NCBI GenBank assembly: GCA_045586405.1
Contig: JAZNAG010000104.1
Span: 716 to 64,715, forward strand
DNA from: Acutalibacteraceae bacterium
Lineage (GTDB): Bacteria > Bacillota > Clostridia > Oscillospirales > Acutalibacteraceae
Direction: 5' to 3'
DNA length: 64,000 nucleotides
The translations under genes were made by a program, and so were the position numbers. Below the pieces are notes generated by a model. It was not told the origin of the DNA, searched no databases, and saw only the letters and a program-made list of their open reading frames with translations. The number at the start of each line of letters is the position of its first letter. Position 1 is the stretch's first letter. Shown one piece after another: positions 47,917 through 57,223 of this stretch.

Positions 47917-50148
47917 ATGAAATTTAAACAATGGAAAGGTTTTAATAGCGGAAAGTGGCAAGACAAAATCAATGTCCGCGATTTTATTCAAAACAACTAT
48001 CACCCCTATAGCGGTGACAGTGCGTTTTTATGCGGTCCTACCAAGCGCACAAATTCTATTATGGAGAGATTCAGAACTCTTCAGAAGAAAGAACAAGAAA
48101 ACGGCGGTGTTCTCGACATTGATGTGGATACCGTTTCTTCCATTTGCTCGTATAAGCCCGGCTATCTTGACAAAGACAACGAAATAATTGTAGGCTTCCA
48201 GACCGATGAGCCGTTAAAGCGTGGCGTCAACCCCTTTGGCGGTATCCGTATGGCTCGTTCCTCCTGCGAAGCTTACGGCTATAAATTATCCGATAATGTT
48301 GAAAATTCTTTTAAATTCCGTACCACTCATAATGACGGTGTATTTAGAGTATATACCGACGAAATGAAGAGTGCCCGTCACTGCGGTCTCCTTACCGGTC
48401 TGCCCGATGCTTACGTCAGAGGAAGAATTATCGGTGACTATCGCCGCATTGCCCTTTACGGTATTGACGCGCTTATTAAATTCAAAGAAAAAGACAAGTC
48501 CGAACTTGGCAAAAAGAATATGAGTTCCGATAACATTCGTTTACTTGAAGAGGTTGCTCAGCAGATTCATTTCTTAGGTCTTATAAAGGAAATGGCGGCT
48601 TCTTACGGCTACGATATTTCAGAACCTGCCGCTAATGCAAAAGAAGCTATTCAGTGGACCTATTTCGGCTATCTTGCCGCTAATAAAGAGCAAAACGGTG
48701 CCGCTATGTCTTTCGGTAGAACAAGCACCTTCTTTGATATTTATATTGAACGTGACCTTGAAAATGGCACAATTACCGAAAGTCAGGCACAGGAGCTTAT
48801 TGACGACCTTGTTATAAAACTTCGTATGGCAAGGCATCTGCGCACTCCTGAATATAACGAGCTTTTCGGCGGCGATCCTATGTGGATTACCGAAAGTATC
48901 GGCGGTATGGGTGAGGATAACCGTACTCTTGTTACTAAGTCTTCATTCCGCTTCCTTCATACCCTTAGAAACTTAGGTCCCGCTCCCGAGCCTAACCTTA
49001 CAGTTTTATGGAGTGAGCGTCTGCCTGAGGAATTTAAGGCTTACTGTGCTGAAATTTCTATTGATACCGACTCTATTCAGTATGAAAACGATGATATTAT
49101 GCGTCCCTCTTACGGCGACGATTACGCTATTGCCTGCTGTGTATCGGCTATGAAGGTTGGTAAGCAGATGCAGTTCTTCGGTGCCCGTACTAATCTTGCT
49201 AAGCTTTTACTTCTCGCTATTAACGGCGGTACCGATAACACCTTCGGCACAAAGCTTGGTCCTCAGATGGGCCCAGTTACAGGTGAAGTATTACAGTATG
49301 ACGAGGTTATGAAGCGCTTTAGCACATATCTTAAGTGGCTTGCGGCTCTTTATGTAAATACTATGAACTGTATCCACTATATGCACGATAAATATGCTTA
49401 TGAAAAAAGCCAGATGGCTTTACACGACACTCAGGTTGAGCGTCTGATGGCTTTCGGTGTTGCAGGTCTTTCTGTAGCGGCTGACTCCCTTTCTGCTATC
49501 AAATATGCAACCGTTAAACCTGTACGCGATGAAAACGGTATAATCGTAGACTTTATTACCGAAGGTGATTTCCCCAAATTCGGTAATGACGATGACCGTG
49601 TTGATAATATAGCCCACGATCTTCTCCACGACGTTTCTAAAGAATTAAAGAAAACGCCTACCTATAAAAACGCTATTCACACACTTTCTGCCCTTACCAT
49701 TACCTCAAACGTAATGTACGGCAAAAAAACAGGTGCTACTCCTGACGGCAGAAAGAAAGGTGAGCCTTTTGCTCCCGGTGCCAACCCCATGCACAACAGA
49801 GAAACAAACGGTGCTATTGCATCTCTTAACTCTGTTTCAAAGCTTTCTTATCTTGACGCAAGAGATGGTATTTCAAATACATTCTCCATTGTTCCCGATG
49901 CTCTTGGCAAAACAAGAGAAGAAAGAGTAAATAATCTTGTTGCTATTCTTAACGGATATTTTGGCAATTGCGCTCATCACTTAAATGTAAATGTTATGAA
50001 CCGCGAACTTCTTATGAAGGCTTATGACCATCCCGAAGACTATCCCAACCTTACTATAAGAGTTTCGGGTTATGCCGTTAATTTCTGCAAACTATCCCGT
50101 GAGCAACAGCGAGAAGTCATTTCCCGTACATTCCACGAGTGTTGCTGA
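47917..50148 (+). CDS. pflB: Formate C-acetyltransferase (pyruvate formate-lyase)
   Basis: 743 aa. Active-site IACCVSAMK. Glycyl radical motif [11 protein letters not shown] near the C-terminus. Confidence 0.95.
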   Translation: MKFKQWKGFNSGKWQDKINVRDFIQNNYHPYSGDSAFLCGPTKRTNSIMERFRTLQKKEQENGGVLDIDVDTVSSICSYKPGYLDKDNEIIVGFQTDEPLKRGVNPFGGIRMARSSCEAYGYKLSDNVENSFKFRTTHNDGVFRVYTDEMKSARHCGLLTGLPDAYVRGRIIGDYRRIALYGIDALIKFKEKDKSELGKKNMSSDNIRLLEEVAQQIHFLGLIKEMAASYGYDISEPAANAKEAIQWTYFGYLAANKEQNGAAMSFGRTSTFFDIYIERDLENGTITESQAQELIDDLVIKLRMARHLRTPEYNELFGGDPMWITESIGGMGEDNRTLVTKSSFRFLHTLRNLGPAPEPNLTVLWSERLPEEFKAYCAEISIDTDSIQYENDDIMRPSYGDDYAIACCVSAMKVGKQMQFFGARTNLAKLLLLAINGGTDNTFGTKLGPQMGPVTGEVLQYDEVMKRFSTYLKWLAALYVNTMNCIHYMHDKYAYEKSQMALHDTQVERLMAFGVAGLSVAADSLSAIKYATVKPVRDENGIIVDFITEGDFPKFGNDDDRVDNIAHDLLHDVSKELKKTPTYKNAIHTLSALTITSNVMYGKKTGATPDGRKKGEPFAPGANPMHNRETNGAIASLNSVSKLSYLDARDGISNTFSIVPDALGKTREERVNNLVAILNGYFGNCAHHLNVNVMNRELLMKAYDHPEDYPNLTIRVSGYAVNFCKLSREQQREVISRTFHECC

Positions 50149-50149
50149 T

Positions 50150-50851
50150 ATGACAAACTGTAAAATAAGTTCATTTCAAAGCCTTGGAACTGTTGACGGT
50201 CCCGGTATTCGTGCTGTCGTTTTCTTGCAGGGCTGTCCTTTGCGGTGCAGCTGTTGCCATAATCCTGAAACCTGGGATTTAAGCGGCGGTAATATAGTTA
50301 CAAGTGACGAATTACTGAAAAAGATATTACGTTGCGAAAAATACTTCGGAGATGACGGCGGCGTTACCTTTTCAGGCGGCGAACCATTGCTTCAGGCAGA
50401 TTTCTTATGTGATTTTATACCGCTTTTAAAAGAAAACGGCATCAATGTTGCCATTGACACCAGTGGTTGTATTCTAAATGAAAAAGTCAAAAAAGTAATA
50501 CTGCTTTCTGACCTTGTTCTTCTTGACTGCAAGTATACTAACAATGACGATTATCTGAAATATACGGGTATGTCTTTTGACACTTTTCTTGAATTCTTAA
50601 ACTTTCTTGAAGACAATAACAAGCCCACCTGGCTTAGACAGGTAATTGTACCGGATATTAACGATAATGCAGATTCGTTAAGTAAATTATCCGTTATCAA
50701 AAAGCGATTTGCCTGTGTTAAAAAGGTCGAGCTTCTTCCATTCAGAAAGCTATGCACGGAGAAATATAAAAACGAAGGTCTGGTCTTCCCCTTTGAAAAT
50801 ATCCGCGAAGCAGTAAGAGAAGATATAGAAAGATGTCTTAAATATATGTAA
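50150..50851 (+). CDS. pflA: Pyruvate formate-lyase activating enzyme (radical SAM)
   Basis: The start was trimmed to the ATG at 50150, which overlaps the pflB stop (TGATATG). GTVDGPGIRAVVFLQGCPLRCSCCHNPETW contains the CxxxCxxC motif. Confidence 0.92.
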   Translation: MTNCKISSFQSLGTVDGPGIRAVVFLQGCPLRCSCCHNPETWDLSGGNIVTSDELLKKILRCEKYFGDDGGVTFSGGEPLLQADFLCDFIPLLKENGINVAIDTSGCILNEKVKKVILLSDLVLLDCKYTNNDDYLKYTGMSFDTFLEFLNFLEDNNKPTWLRQVIVPDINDNADSLSKLSVIKKRFACVKKVELLPFRKLCTEKYKNEGLVFPFENIREAVREDIERCLKYM

Positions 50852-50882
50852 AAAAAGTCACTCATTTCTGAGTGACTTTTAA
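50851..50882. terminator. Bidirectional intrinsic terminator (pflA / spo0A)
   Basis: aaaaaagtcactca-tttc-tgagtgactttt. Confidence 0.8.
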
Positions 50883-50884
50883 TT

Positions 50885-51658
50885 TTATTCAAGCTTCATA
50901 CTTAGCCGCAAATTATCGGAAATCATTGCTATAAACTCGCTGTTAGTAGGTTTTCCTCTTTGGTGCTGAACGGTATAGCCGAAGTATGCCTCTAACACTT
51001 CAACGTCCCCCCTGTCCCACGCAACCTCTATTGCGTGACGAATTGCTCTTTCAACTCGTGAAGACGTAGTTTTAAAGTTTTTGGCTATTGTTGGATACAA
51101 AAGTTTTGTTACACTGTTTATCATTTCGCTATCCTTTACCGACAAAATAATGGCATCTCTCAAATAATTGTATCCTTTTATATGAGCAGGAATACCTATT
51201 CTATGTATTATGTCGGTAACCATAAGTTCAAGCTCGGTTTCACTAAGCTTTCTGCCACGGGACTTAACAAATATATCATTAGTCTTAATACCTGAATATT
51301 GCATTATTCTTTCTATCAGTCGTTCTATAACAAAGGGTTTTATAAAATAATATGTAGCGCCGGCTGAAATTGCTTCCTTTTCAAGTCTTGGGTTATCAAA
51401 ACCTGCCATTACGAAAAACGCAGGACCGTTTACACCGTTGCCACTCACCGTCTGCATTACACTTATAATATCAGCACTGGGCATAAATACATCAGCGAGT
51501 ACAATATCGGGTGATTTTTCTTTTATTGCCTCTATAAGCTTTACTCCGTCTTTTTCGCAGGTATAAACATCAATATCCCGCTCCTTGAGTGCCGAAATAC
51601 AATTAAAACTAAATTCGCTATTGTCGGCAGCCATCAAAATTTTACATTGCTTTTTCAT
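50885..51658 (-). CDS. spo0A: Sporulation master regulator Spo0A (receiver + Spo0A_C DNA-binding domain)
   Basis: The C-terminal domain [19 protein letters not shown]...[18 protein letters not shown]...[13 protein letters not shown] is diagnostic. The start was set at the ATG at 51658, preceded by GGAGGAA (51664-51670). Confidence 0.9.
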   Translation of the reverse strand: MKKQCKILMAADNSEFSFNCISALKERDIDVYTCEKDGVKLIEAIKEKSPDIVLADVFMPSADIISVMQTVSGNGVNGPAFFVMAGFDNPRLEKEAISAGATYYFIKPFVIERLIERIMQYSGIKTNDIFVKSRGRKLSETELELMVTDIIHRIGIPAHIKGYNYLRDAIILSVKDSEMINSVTKLLYPTIAKNFKTTSSRVERAIRHAIEVAWDRGDVEVLEAYFGYTVQHQRGKPTNSEFIAMISDNLRLSMKLE

Positions 51659-52018
51659 TTTTATTCCTCCAAATTTCAATTTTGTTGTCATATTCTAACA
51701 TTTACTTCGTCATTTTTCAACTTTTTCGCAAATATTTTAGAATATTTAGGAAAACACCTAATTTAATAAAGTTAAAACTTGGAACATAATAGCTAATTAC
51801 AATTTTTAACTTTAAAATTGTAATCGCAAAACTTGACAAATTCTAAAAAAGTTAAAAAATGCCGTCGTAATTTAACCGTCGGCAGAGTTTATGAGATGTT
51901 TTCGTCATAACGCTTTTTTTACAGCGTGACGGCCCATAATATTTATTTTTATTACTTTACGAACATAATTTTCTTGCAATATTTCAGCAGTTATAGTATT
52001 ATGTAATTGGTGAGGTAT

Positions 52019-52813
52019 ATGAAAATAACTGATATAGAGTTATCAATAGACAAAATTTTAGATGTAAAACTAGGTCACTTAACTAACAAAAAAACCTATA
52101 TAAACCCCGGCAGACAAAACGATAGTTTTATGTATGTTTTAAGCGGTTCTGCCCAGTATTTTTTTGGAAACAGCGTACATACCGTGCAGGCGGGTACTGT
52201 TATGTTTCTTGCTAATAAAAGCAAATACAAATTCGTTATTACTTCAAGTGAATATACTTTTTTGTATATTGACTTTTATTTTGAAAATGAAGATGACATA
52301 CTGCTTGAAAACAGTATATATAGCAGTAAAAATGTTTCGTTACTTGAGAGTTCCTTCAGAACTCTTAAGCGTTTATGGGATATCGGTAACTTTTCCGAAA
52401 AAATTTATTGCAAATCTCTTATATATAACATTTACTGTGAACTTGCAAAGTCAGAACTTGCTCATTATGTAACAAAAGACAGAAGGCGAGAAATTGAAAA
52501 AATTGCCGAATATATTTCAGATAATATAAGTAACTCTAAGCTTTCGGTATCACAGCTCAGTCAAATGTGTGAGGTTAGTGAAGTTCACTTCAGGCGAATT
52601 TTTTCTAAAATCTACCGTACTTCTCCGATTAAATTTATTACTATGCTGCGTCTTAACAAAGCGAAAGAAATGCTACTGCACGGTGAGTTTTCAATAGGTG
52701 AAATTTCGAGAAGCTGTGGTTTTGAAAATCAGTATTACTTTTCGAAAATCTTTAAAAGTGAAAACAAGCTAACCCCTAGCGAATACAGAAAACTATATAA
52801 AGGCAATTATTAA
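52019..52813 (+). CDS. AraC family transcriptional regulator
   Basis: Cupin-like N-terminus. C-terminal HTH (SRSCGFENQYYFSKIFKSENKLTPSEYR). ATG at 52019 after GGTGAGG. Confidence 0.85.
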   Translation: MKITDIELSIDKILDVKLGHLTNKKTYINPGRQNDSFMYVLSGSAQYFFGNSVHTVQAGTVMFLANKSKYKFVITSSEYTFLYIDFYFENEDDILLENSIYSSKNVSLLESSFRTLKRLWDIGNFSEKIYCKSLIYNIYCELAKSELAHYVTKDRRREIEKIAEYISDNISNSKLSVSQLSQMCEVSEVHFRRIFSKIYRTSPIKFITMLRLNKAKEMLLHGEFSIGEISRSCGFENQYYFSKIFKSENKLTPSEYRKLYKGNY

Positions 52814-52817
52814 GAAA

Positions 52818-52852
52818 AACCTGAATTCAATTACTTGAATTCAGGTTTTTTT
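52818..52852 (+). terminator. Intrinsic terminator
   Basis: aacctgaattcaa-ttac-ttgaattcaggtt + ttttt. Confidence 0.8.
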
Positions 52853-52963
52853 ATCTAACGGGTATTTTAATCCAAAAAGTTTGTATTTTGACCAAAAGCA
52901 AATTTGCTTTTAATATACCTTTAGTTAAAAATGACAATTTTATAACAATCTGTCTTTTTTTCG

Positions 52964-52992
52964 TTGCATTTAACCAATGATTATGTTATAAT
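52964..52992 (+). promoter_or_regulatory. Candidate promoter of pckA
   Basis: TTGCAT (52964-52969), 17 nt, TGtTATAAT (52985-52992). Confidence 0.5.
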
Positions 52993-53095
52993 AAATGCAT
53001 AATTGGGAGAATATGGCTTTGTGTTATTTTTTCCGCACCAATTTATTGGTGAAATTATGAGCATACTAATATAAAAAACGAAACGAGGTACATTT

Positions 53096-54700
53096 ATGAA
53101 AAACTTAGATTTAAGTAAGTACGGTATTACCGGCGTAAAAGAAATCATTCATAATCCTTCTTATGAAGAACTTTTCGCTGCTGAAACCGACCCCGCTCTT
53201 GAAGGCTTTGAAAAAGGCCAGGTTACCGAACTCGGTGCTGTTAACGTTATGACCGGTATTTACACCGGACGTTCACCTAAAGACAAGTTTATCGTTATGG
53301 ATGAAAATTCCAAAGATACTGTTTGGTGGACATCTGACGAATTCAAAAACGATAACCACTCCTGCAGCGAAGCTACATGGAGTGTTTTAAAAGACCTTGC
53401 TACAAAGCAGTTATCTGACAAGAAACTTTATGTTGTTGACGTATTCTGCGGTGCTAACGCTGACTCAAGAATGTCTATCCGTTTCATTATGGAGGTTGCT
53501 TGGCAGGCTCACTTCGTTAAGAATATGTTTATCAACCCCACCGCTGAAGAACTTGAGAACTTCGAACCCGACTTTGTTTCTTACAACGCTTCAAAGGCTA
53601 AGGTTGAAAACTACAAAGAGTTAGGTCTGAATTCCGAAACCGCTTCTGTTTTCAACATTTCTTCTCGCGAACAGGTTATTCTTAACACCTGGTACGGCGG
53701 TGAAATGAAGAAAGGTATGTTCTCTATGATGAACTACTACCTGCCTCTTAACGGTATGGCTTCAATGCACTGCTCTGCTAACACCGATATGAACGGTGAG
53801 AACACCGCTCTCTTCTTCGGTCTTTCCGGTACAGGTAAAACCACTCTTTCTACCGATCCTAAGCGTCTTCTCATTGGTGACGACGAGCACGGTTGGGACG
53901 ATAAGGGCGTATTCAACTTCGAAGGCGGTTGCTATGCTAAGGTTATCAACCTTGACAAAGAATCTGAGCCTGACATTTACGCTGCTATCAAGCGCAACGC
54001 TCTTCTTGAGAACGTAACTGTTGATGAAAACGGCGTTTGTGATTTTGCTGACGATTCCGTTACCGAAAACACCCGTGTTTCCTATCCCATTGACCATATT
54101 GAAAAGATTGTTCGCCCCGTATCTGCCGCACCCGATGCTAAGAACGTAATATTCCTTTCTGCAGATGCTTTCGGCGTACTTCCTCCCGTATCTATCCTTA
54201 CTGCTGAACAGGCACAGTACTACTTCCTCTCCGGCTTTACTTCAAAACTTGCCGGTACTGAGCGCGGTATTACCGAGCCCACCCCCACCTTCTCTGCTTG
54301 CTTTGGTCAGGCATTCCTCGAACTTCATCCTACAAAGTATGCTGAAGAACTTGTTAAGAAGATGGAAAAGAGCGGCGCTAAGGCTTATCTCGTAAACACC
54401 GGTTGGAACGGTACCGGTAAGCGTATTTCCATTAAGGATACCCGTGGTATTATTGATGCTATTCTTGACGGCTCTATTCTTAAGGCTGATACCAAGACTA
54501 TCCCCTACTTCAACCTTGCAGTTCCCACCGAACTTCCCGGCGTTGACACCAATATTCTTGACCCCCGCAACACCTATGCTGATGCTGCTGAGTGGGATAC
54601 CAAGGCTAAAGATCTTGCTTCCCGTTTTGTTAAGAACTTTGTTAAGTACACCGGTAATGATGCAGGTAAGGCACTTGTTGAAGCAGGTCCTAAGCTTTAA
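53096..54700 (+). CDS. pckA: Phosphoenolpyruvate carboxykinase (ATP)
   Basis: 534 aa. Kinase-1a [21 protein letters not shown], and the overall PckA pattern. Confidence 0.93.
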   Translation: MKNLDLSKYGITGVKEIIHNPSYEELFAAETDPALEGFEKGQVTELGAVNVMTGIYTGRSPKDKFIVMDENSKDTVWWTSDEFKNDNHSCSEATWSVLKDLATKQLSDKKLYVVDVFCGANADSRMSIRFIMEVAWQAHFVKNMFINPTAEELENFEPDFVSYNASKAKVENYKELGLNSETASVFNISSREQVILNTWYGGEMKKGMFSMMNYYLPLNGMASMHCSANTDMNGENTALFFGLSGTGKTTLSTDPKRLLIGDDEHGWDDKGVFNFEGGCYAKVINLDKESEPDIYAAIKRNALLENVTVDENGVCDFADDSVTENTRVSYPIDHIEKIVRPVSAAPDAKNVIFLSADAFGVLPPVSILTAEQAQYYFLSGFTSKLAGTERGITEPTPTFSACFGQAFLELHPTKYAEELVKKMEKSGAKAYLVNTGWNGTGKRISIKDTRGIIDAILDGSILKADTKTIPYFNLAVPTELPGVDTNILDPRNTYADAAEWDTKAKDLASRFVKNFVKYTGNDAGKALVEAGPKL

Positions 54701-54850
54701 TTATAAAATTATAAAATTATAAAATCATAACTACCGGCCGTGCCGGTAGTATGCACTGCCCCCTTAGGGCATAAGACCGGCCGAGCCTATAGGCTCGTCG
54801 AAAGGTTTGCCAACCGCAACTCTTTCACCGGCTGCCCCTAAAGGGGCTTT

Positions 54851-55327
54851 TTATTTGCCTTCTTTTACCTGCTTACCCGTAAACTGGTCTACATACTCTA
54901 CCAACGACATTTGATCGTATGATATATCTTCCTGCAACTGATTTCGTATGTACTCTGCAATTGCTTTTTTGTTTCTTCTTACTGTATCTACATAATATCC
55001 TCTACACCAAAAATGTCTATTTCCGTATTTGTACTTCATATTGGCATATTTCTCAAATATCATTAAACTACTTTTTCCTTTGAGATATCCCATTATTTGT
55101 GATACACTATACTTAGGCGGTATGGATACCAACATATGTATGTGGTCTTTGCAGGCTTCTGCTTCAATTATTTCAACCTGCTTGTACTCACATAATTTTC
55201 TAAGCATTATTCCTATATCCGCCTTTATCTTTCCATAGATTACTTGGCGGCGGTATTTTGGTGCAAAAACTATATGATATTTGCAATTCCATTTTGTGTG
55301 TGCTAAACTATCTGTGTCAAGTTTCAT
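54851..55327 (-). CDS. tnpA: IS200/IS605 family Y1 (HUH) transposase TnpA
   Basis: 158 aa. HTKWNCKYHIVFAPKYRR, then HIHMLVSIPP (HUH motif), then a RGYYVDTV catalytic-Tyr region. Confidence 0.9.
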   Translation of the reverse strand: MKLDTDSLAHTKWNCKYHIVFAPKYRRQVIYGKIKADIGIMLRKLCEYKQVEIIEAEACKDHIHMLVSIPPKYSVSQIMGYLKGKSSLMIFEKYANMKYKYGNRHFWCRGYYVDTVRRNKKAIAEYIRNQLQEDISYDQMSLVEYVDQFTGKQVKEGK

Positions 55328-55334
55328 ACTTGAT

Positions 55335-55393
55335 TCCTCCTTCGTCTTTTTGTTGTGGTTGGCAAACCCACTTCTATTTTAGACGAAGGAGGA
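55335..55393 (-). promoter_or_regulatory. RBS-sequestering stem-loop in the tnpA 5' UTR
   Basis: On the mRNA, tcctccttcgtct (complement of 55381-55393) pairs with agacgaaggagga (complement of 55335-55347). The latter contains the Shine-Dalgarno and lies 7 nt before the ATG. This is the arrangement known for IS200. Confidence 0.6.
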
Positions 55394-55461
55394 TTCTTTT
55401 TCTACGCATAGCTAAAGCTTTTTGGAACTACCAGCACTGCTGGTAGTATTCGTTACACAAT

Positions 55462-55493
55462 TAAAAAACCGCAGTAAACTACTGCGGTTTTTC
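55462..55493 (-). terminator. Intrinsic terminator after the GRE-activase gene
   Basis: The minus strand reads aaccgcagta-gtt-tactgcggtt + ttttaatt. Confidence 0.7.
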
Positions 55494-55495
55494 TG

Positions 55496-56293
55496 TTATA
55501 TAAATAGTTTTTCTTCCTCTTTGATTTCCTCGTCGGTGGGCAATTTAGAGGGTAAGGTGTTTTCTATGTTAAGCGCATGGTATTTTGAAGCTGCATAACT
55601 GTGATATGGTAAAACCTTTACGGCTTTAACATTTTTTAAGGTTTTGAGAAACTCTGCAATTTTTTCTGTTTGGTCAGAGTTATATTCGGGAACATACGGA
55701 ATGCGAACCTCTATTGATTTTGACAAAGAATCAACGTATTTTATATTTTCTAAAATCAGTTTATTTGACTGACCTGTGCATTTAATATGAACATCTTCAT
55801 CAATTGCTTTTATGTCATATAAAAATATATCAGTATATGGTATTACCTTATCAAGTGCATCTTTTGAAACAAAACCACAGGTATCAACTGCAGTATGTAT
55901 CCCCTGCTCTTTAAGTTTTTTTAAGAGTTCTGCGCAAAAATCTGCCTGACAGAGACACTCGCCGCCCGATAGGGTTACACCGCCGCCGCTATTCTTATAA
56001 AATTCTTTGTCTTCAAGAAGCTGTGGTAATAACAGGTCCACCGTTACCTCTTTGCCGTATACAGTCCTTGCTTCGCCAAGGCAGTTTTGATAAGTAAAGT
56101 CTTCTCTTTTGCACTCACCGCAACCTATACACTTGTTCTCATAAAAGGCAGTCTGGGGTTTAAAGCTTATACTTTCAGGGTTATGGCACCAAGCACATTT
56201 TAAGTTGCAACCCTTAAAGAACACCGTTGTTCTTATTCCGGGACCGTCAACAAAAGAATTGCGTTCTATATCAAATATAATTGCAGAAGTCAT
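55496..56293 (-). CDS. Glycyl-radical enzyme activating protein (radical SAM, with extra ferredoxin-like Cys clusters)
   Basis: FVDGPGIRTTVFFKGCNLKCAWCHNPES contains the CxxxCxxC motif, and CIGCGEC the auxiliary cluster. This type accompanies non-PFL (PflD/dehydratase-type) GREs. Confidence 0.88.
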   Translation of the reverse strand: MTSAIIFDIERNSFVDGPGIRTTVFFKGCNLKCAWCHNPESISFKPQTAFYENKCIGCGECKREDFTYQNCLGEARTVYGKEVTVDLLLPQLLEDKEFYKNSGGGVTLSGGECLCQADFCAELLKKLKEQGIHTAVDTCGFVSKDALDKVIPYTDIFLYDIKAIDEDVHIKCTGQSNKLILENIKYVDSLSKSIEVRIPYVPEYNSDQTEKIAEFLKTLKNVKAVKVLPYHSYAASKYHALNIENTLPSKLPTDEEIKEEEKLFI

Positions 56294-56323
56294 TTTTATC
56301 CCCCACTTTCACATTATCAAAAA

Positions 56324-56861
56324 CTAATCATTTGCATATCTTTTTATAATCGAATCCTGAATAGCGTCATCCAAACGTGTGAAATAATCTGAATATCCCG
56401 TAACTCTTACCTTAAGATTTTTGCAGATTAAATTTATCGTCATAATAATAGATTTTATCCAAATCTTTATAAAGCTGGTCTTTAAAAATCTCATAGAAAT
56501 TTCTTGGCGGTTGTTTTGAAATAATTCCTGTAATTCCAACAGATAAAACCATTATGTAATCAGATGTGCCGTGTTGCCAATCCATACAAGAAAGATTATC
56601 TATATGTTTGCGATAAAAATCTCTCAGACATTCACTTGTATTTTTATGCCCTTCACGGCGAAAAATATCACCCACAACACAGCCGTTAAAATTAAAGAAT
56701 CCGGTAAAACAGGAATATTTCGTTATTAAGGGTTGCTGATTTAAAATATACTCGCATATCCTTTTTACATTTTTCTCCTGCTATGTCAACAACAAATCCA
56801 TTCTGTCAAAATCGCTTTTAACCGTTTTAACATACATTTTACCCTCCATGGTCATATCCAT
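56324..56861 (-). pseudogene. Relic of a glycyl radical enzyme gene: internally deleted, with an in-frame stop and a frameshift
   Basis: Last frame: ...NLKVRVTGYSDYFTRLDDAIQDSIIKRYAND* (glycyl radical RVxGYS motif). Upstream frame: ...WQHGTSDYIMVLSVGITGIISK...YYYDDKFNLQKS*. That region resembles the GHxxxDYxKVLxxGxxGII segment from the N-terminal quarter of ~800-aa GREs. The frame switches at an A5 run near 56412-56425. A TAG interrupts the 5' part. In total ~175 codons remain where ~800 are expected. Confidence 0.7.
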
Positions 56862-56868
56862 CAATTCT

Positions 56869-57021
56869 TTAATTCGCTGTTGCATATACTGTTTGCGCCG
56901 TTTCGAGCATATTCTCTGCAAATATGCCGTAGCCTTTTGTTGGCTCGTCGATTAACACGTGGGTAACGGCGCCGATAAGTTTGCCGTTTTGGATTATGGG
57001 GCCGCCACTCACGAGTGTGTC
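56869..57021 (-). pseudogene. C-terminal fragment (~45 codons) of a second SpoIVB-type S55 peptidase gene
   Basis: The minus-strand translation is [49 protein letters not shown]. The intact SpoIVB (59523-60770) has [44 protein letters not shown] stop codon lies immediately upstream of the homologous stretch. Confidence 0.75.
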
Positions 57022-57169
57022 AATATAGGACCAACATATCCTGTATTATACACCACATTGAAATTTAGGGCGGATGGCACATTCTTTTTAACCGTCCCGT
57101 TGAAGGCTACGAAGTAAAATAATTTCTAAAATACACGCTTGATTTTATTCAGCATATTACTGTATAGAC

Positions 57170-57210
57170 AAAAAAGAGAAGACTTGCGATAAGCAAATCT
57201 TCTCTTTTTT
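57170..57210. terminator. Intrinsic terminator after the M23/ricin hydrolase gene
   Basis: aaaaaagagaagacttgc-gataa-gcaaatcttctctttttt (one mismatch in the stem). Confidence 0.75.
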
Positions 57211-57223
57211 GTGTTGTTTTTTA

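Larger units (their letters stand above)
54731..55446 (-). mobile_element. IS200/IS605-family insertion sequence, IS200-type with tnpA only (~0.7 kb)
   Basis: Near-identical subterminal hairpins in the same orientation at both ends: ctaccggc-cgt-gccggtag-tat (54731-54752) and ctaccagc-act-gctggtag-tat (55428-55449). They flank a Y1 HUH transposase gene. The exact ends are not determined. Confidence 0.75.

Noticed and set aside
54834-54851. Hairpin gcccctaaaggggc + T-run as the tnpA terminator
   Set aside because: The T-run follows the hairpin only on the plus strand, so it cannot terminate minus-strand tnpA. It is noted instead as a possible read-in/pckA terminator within the IS.
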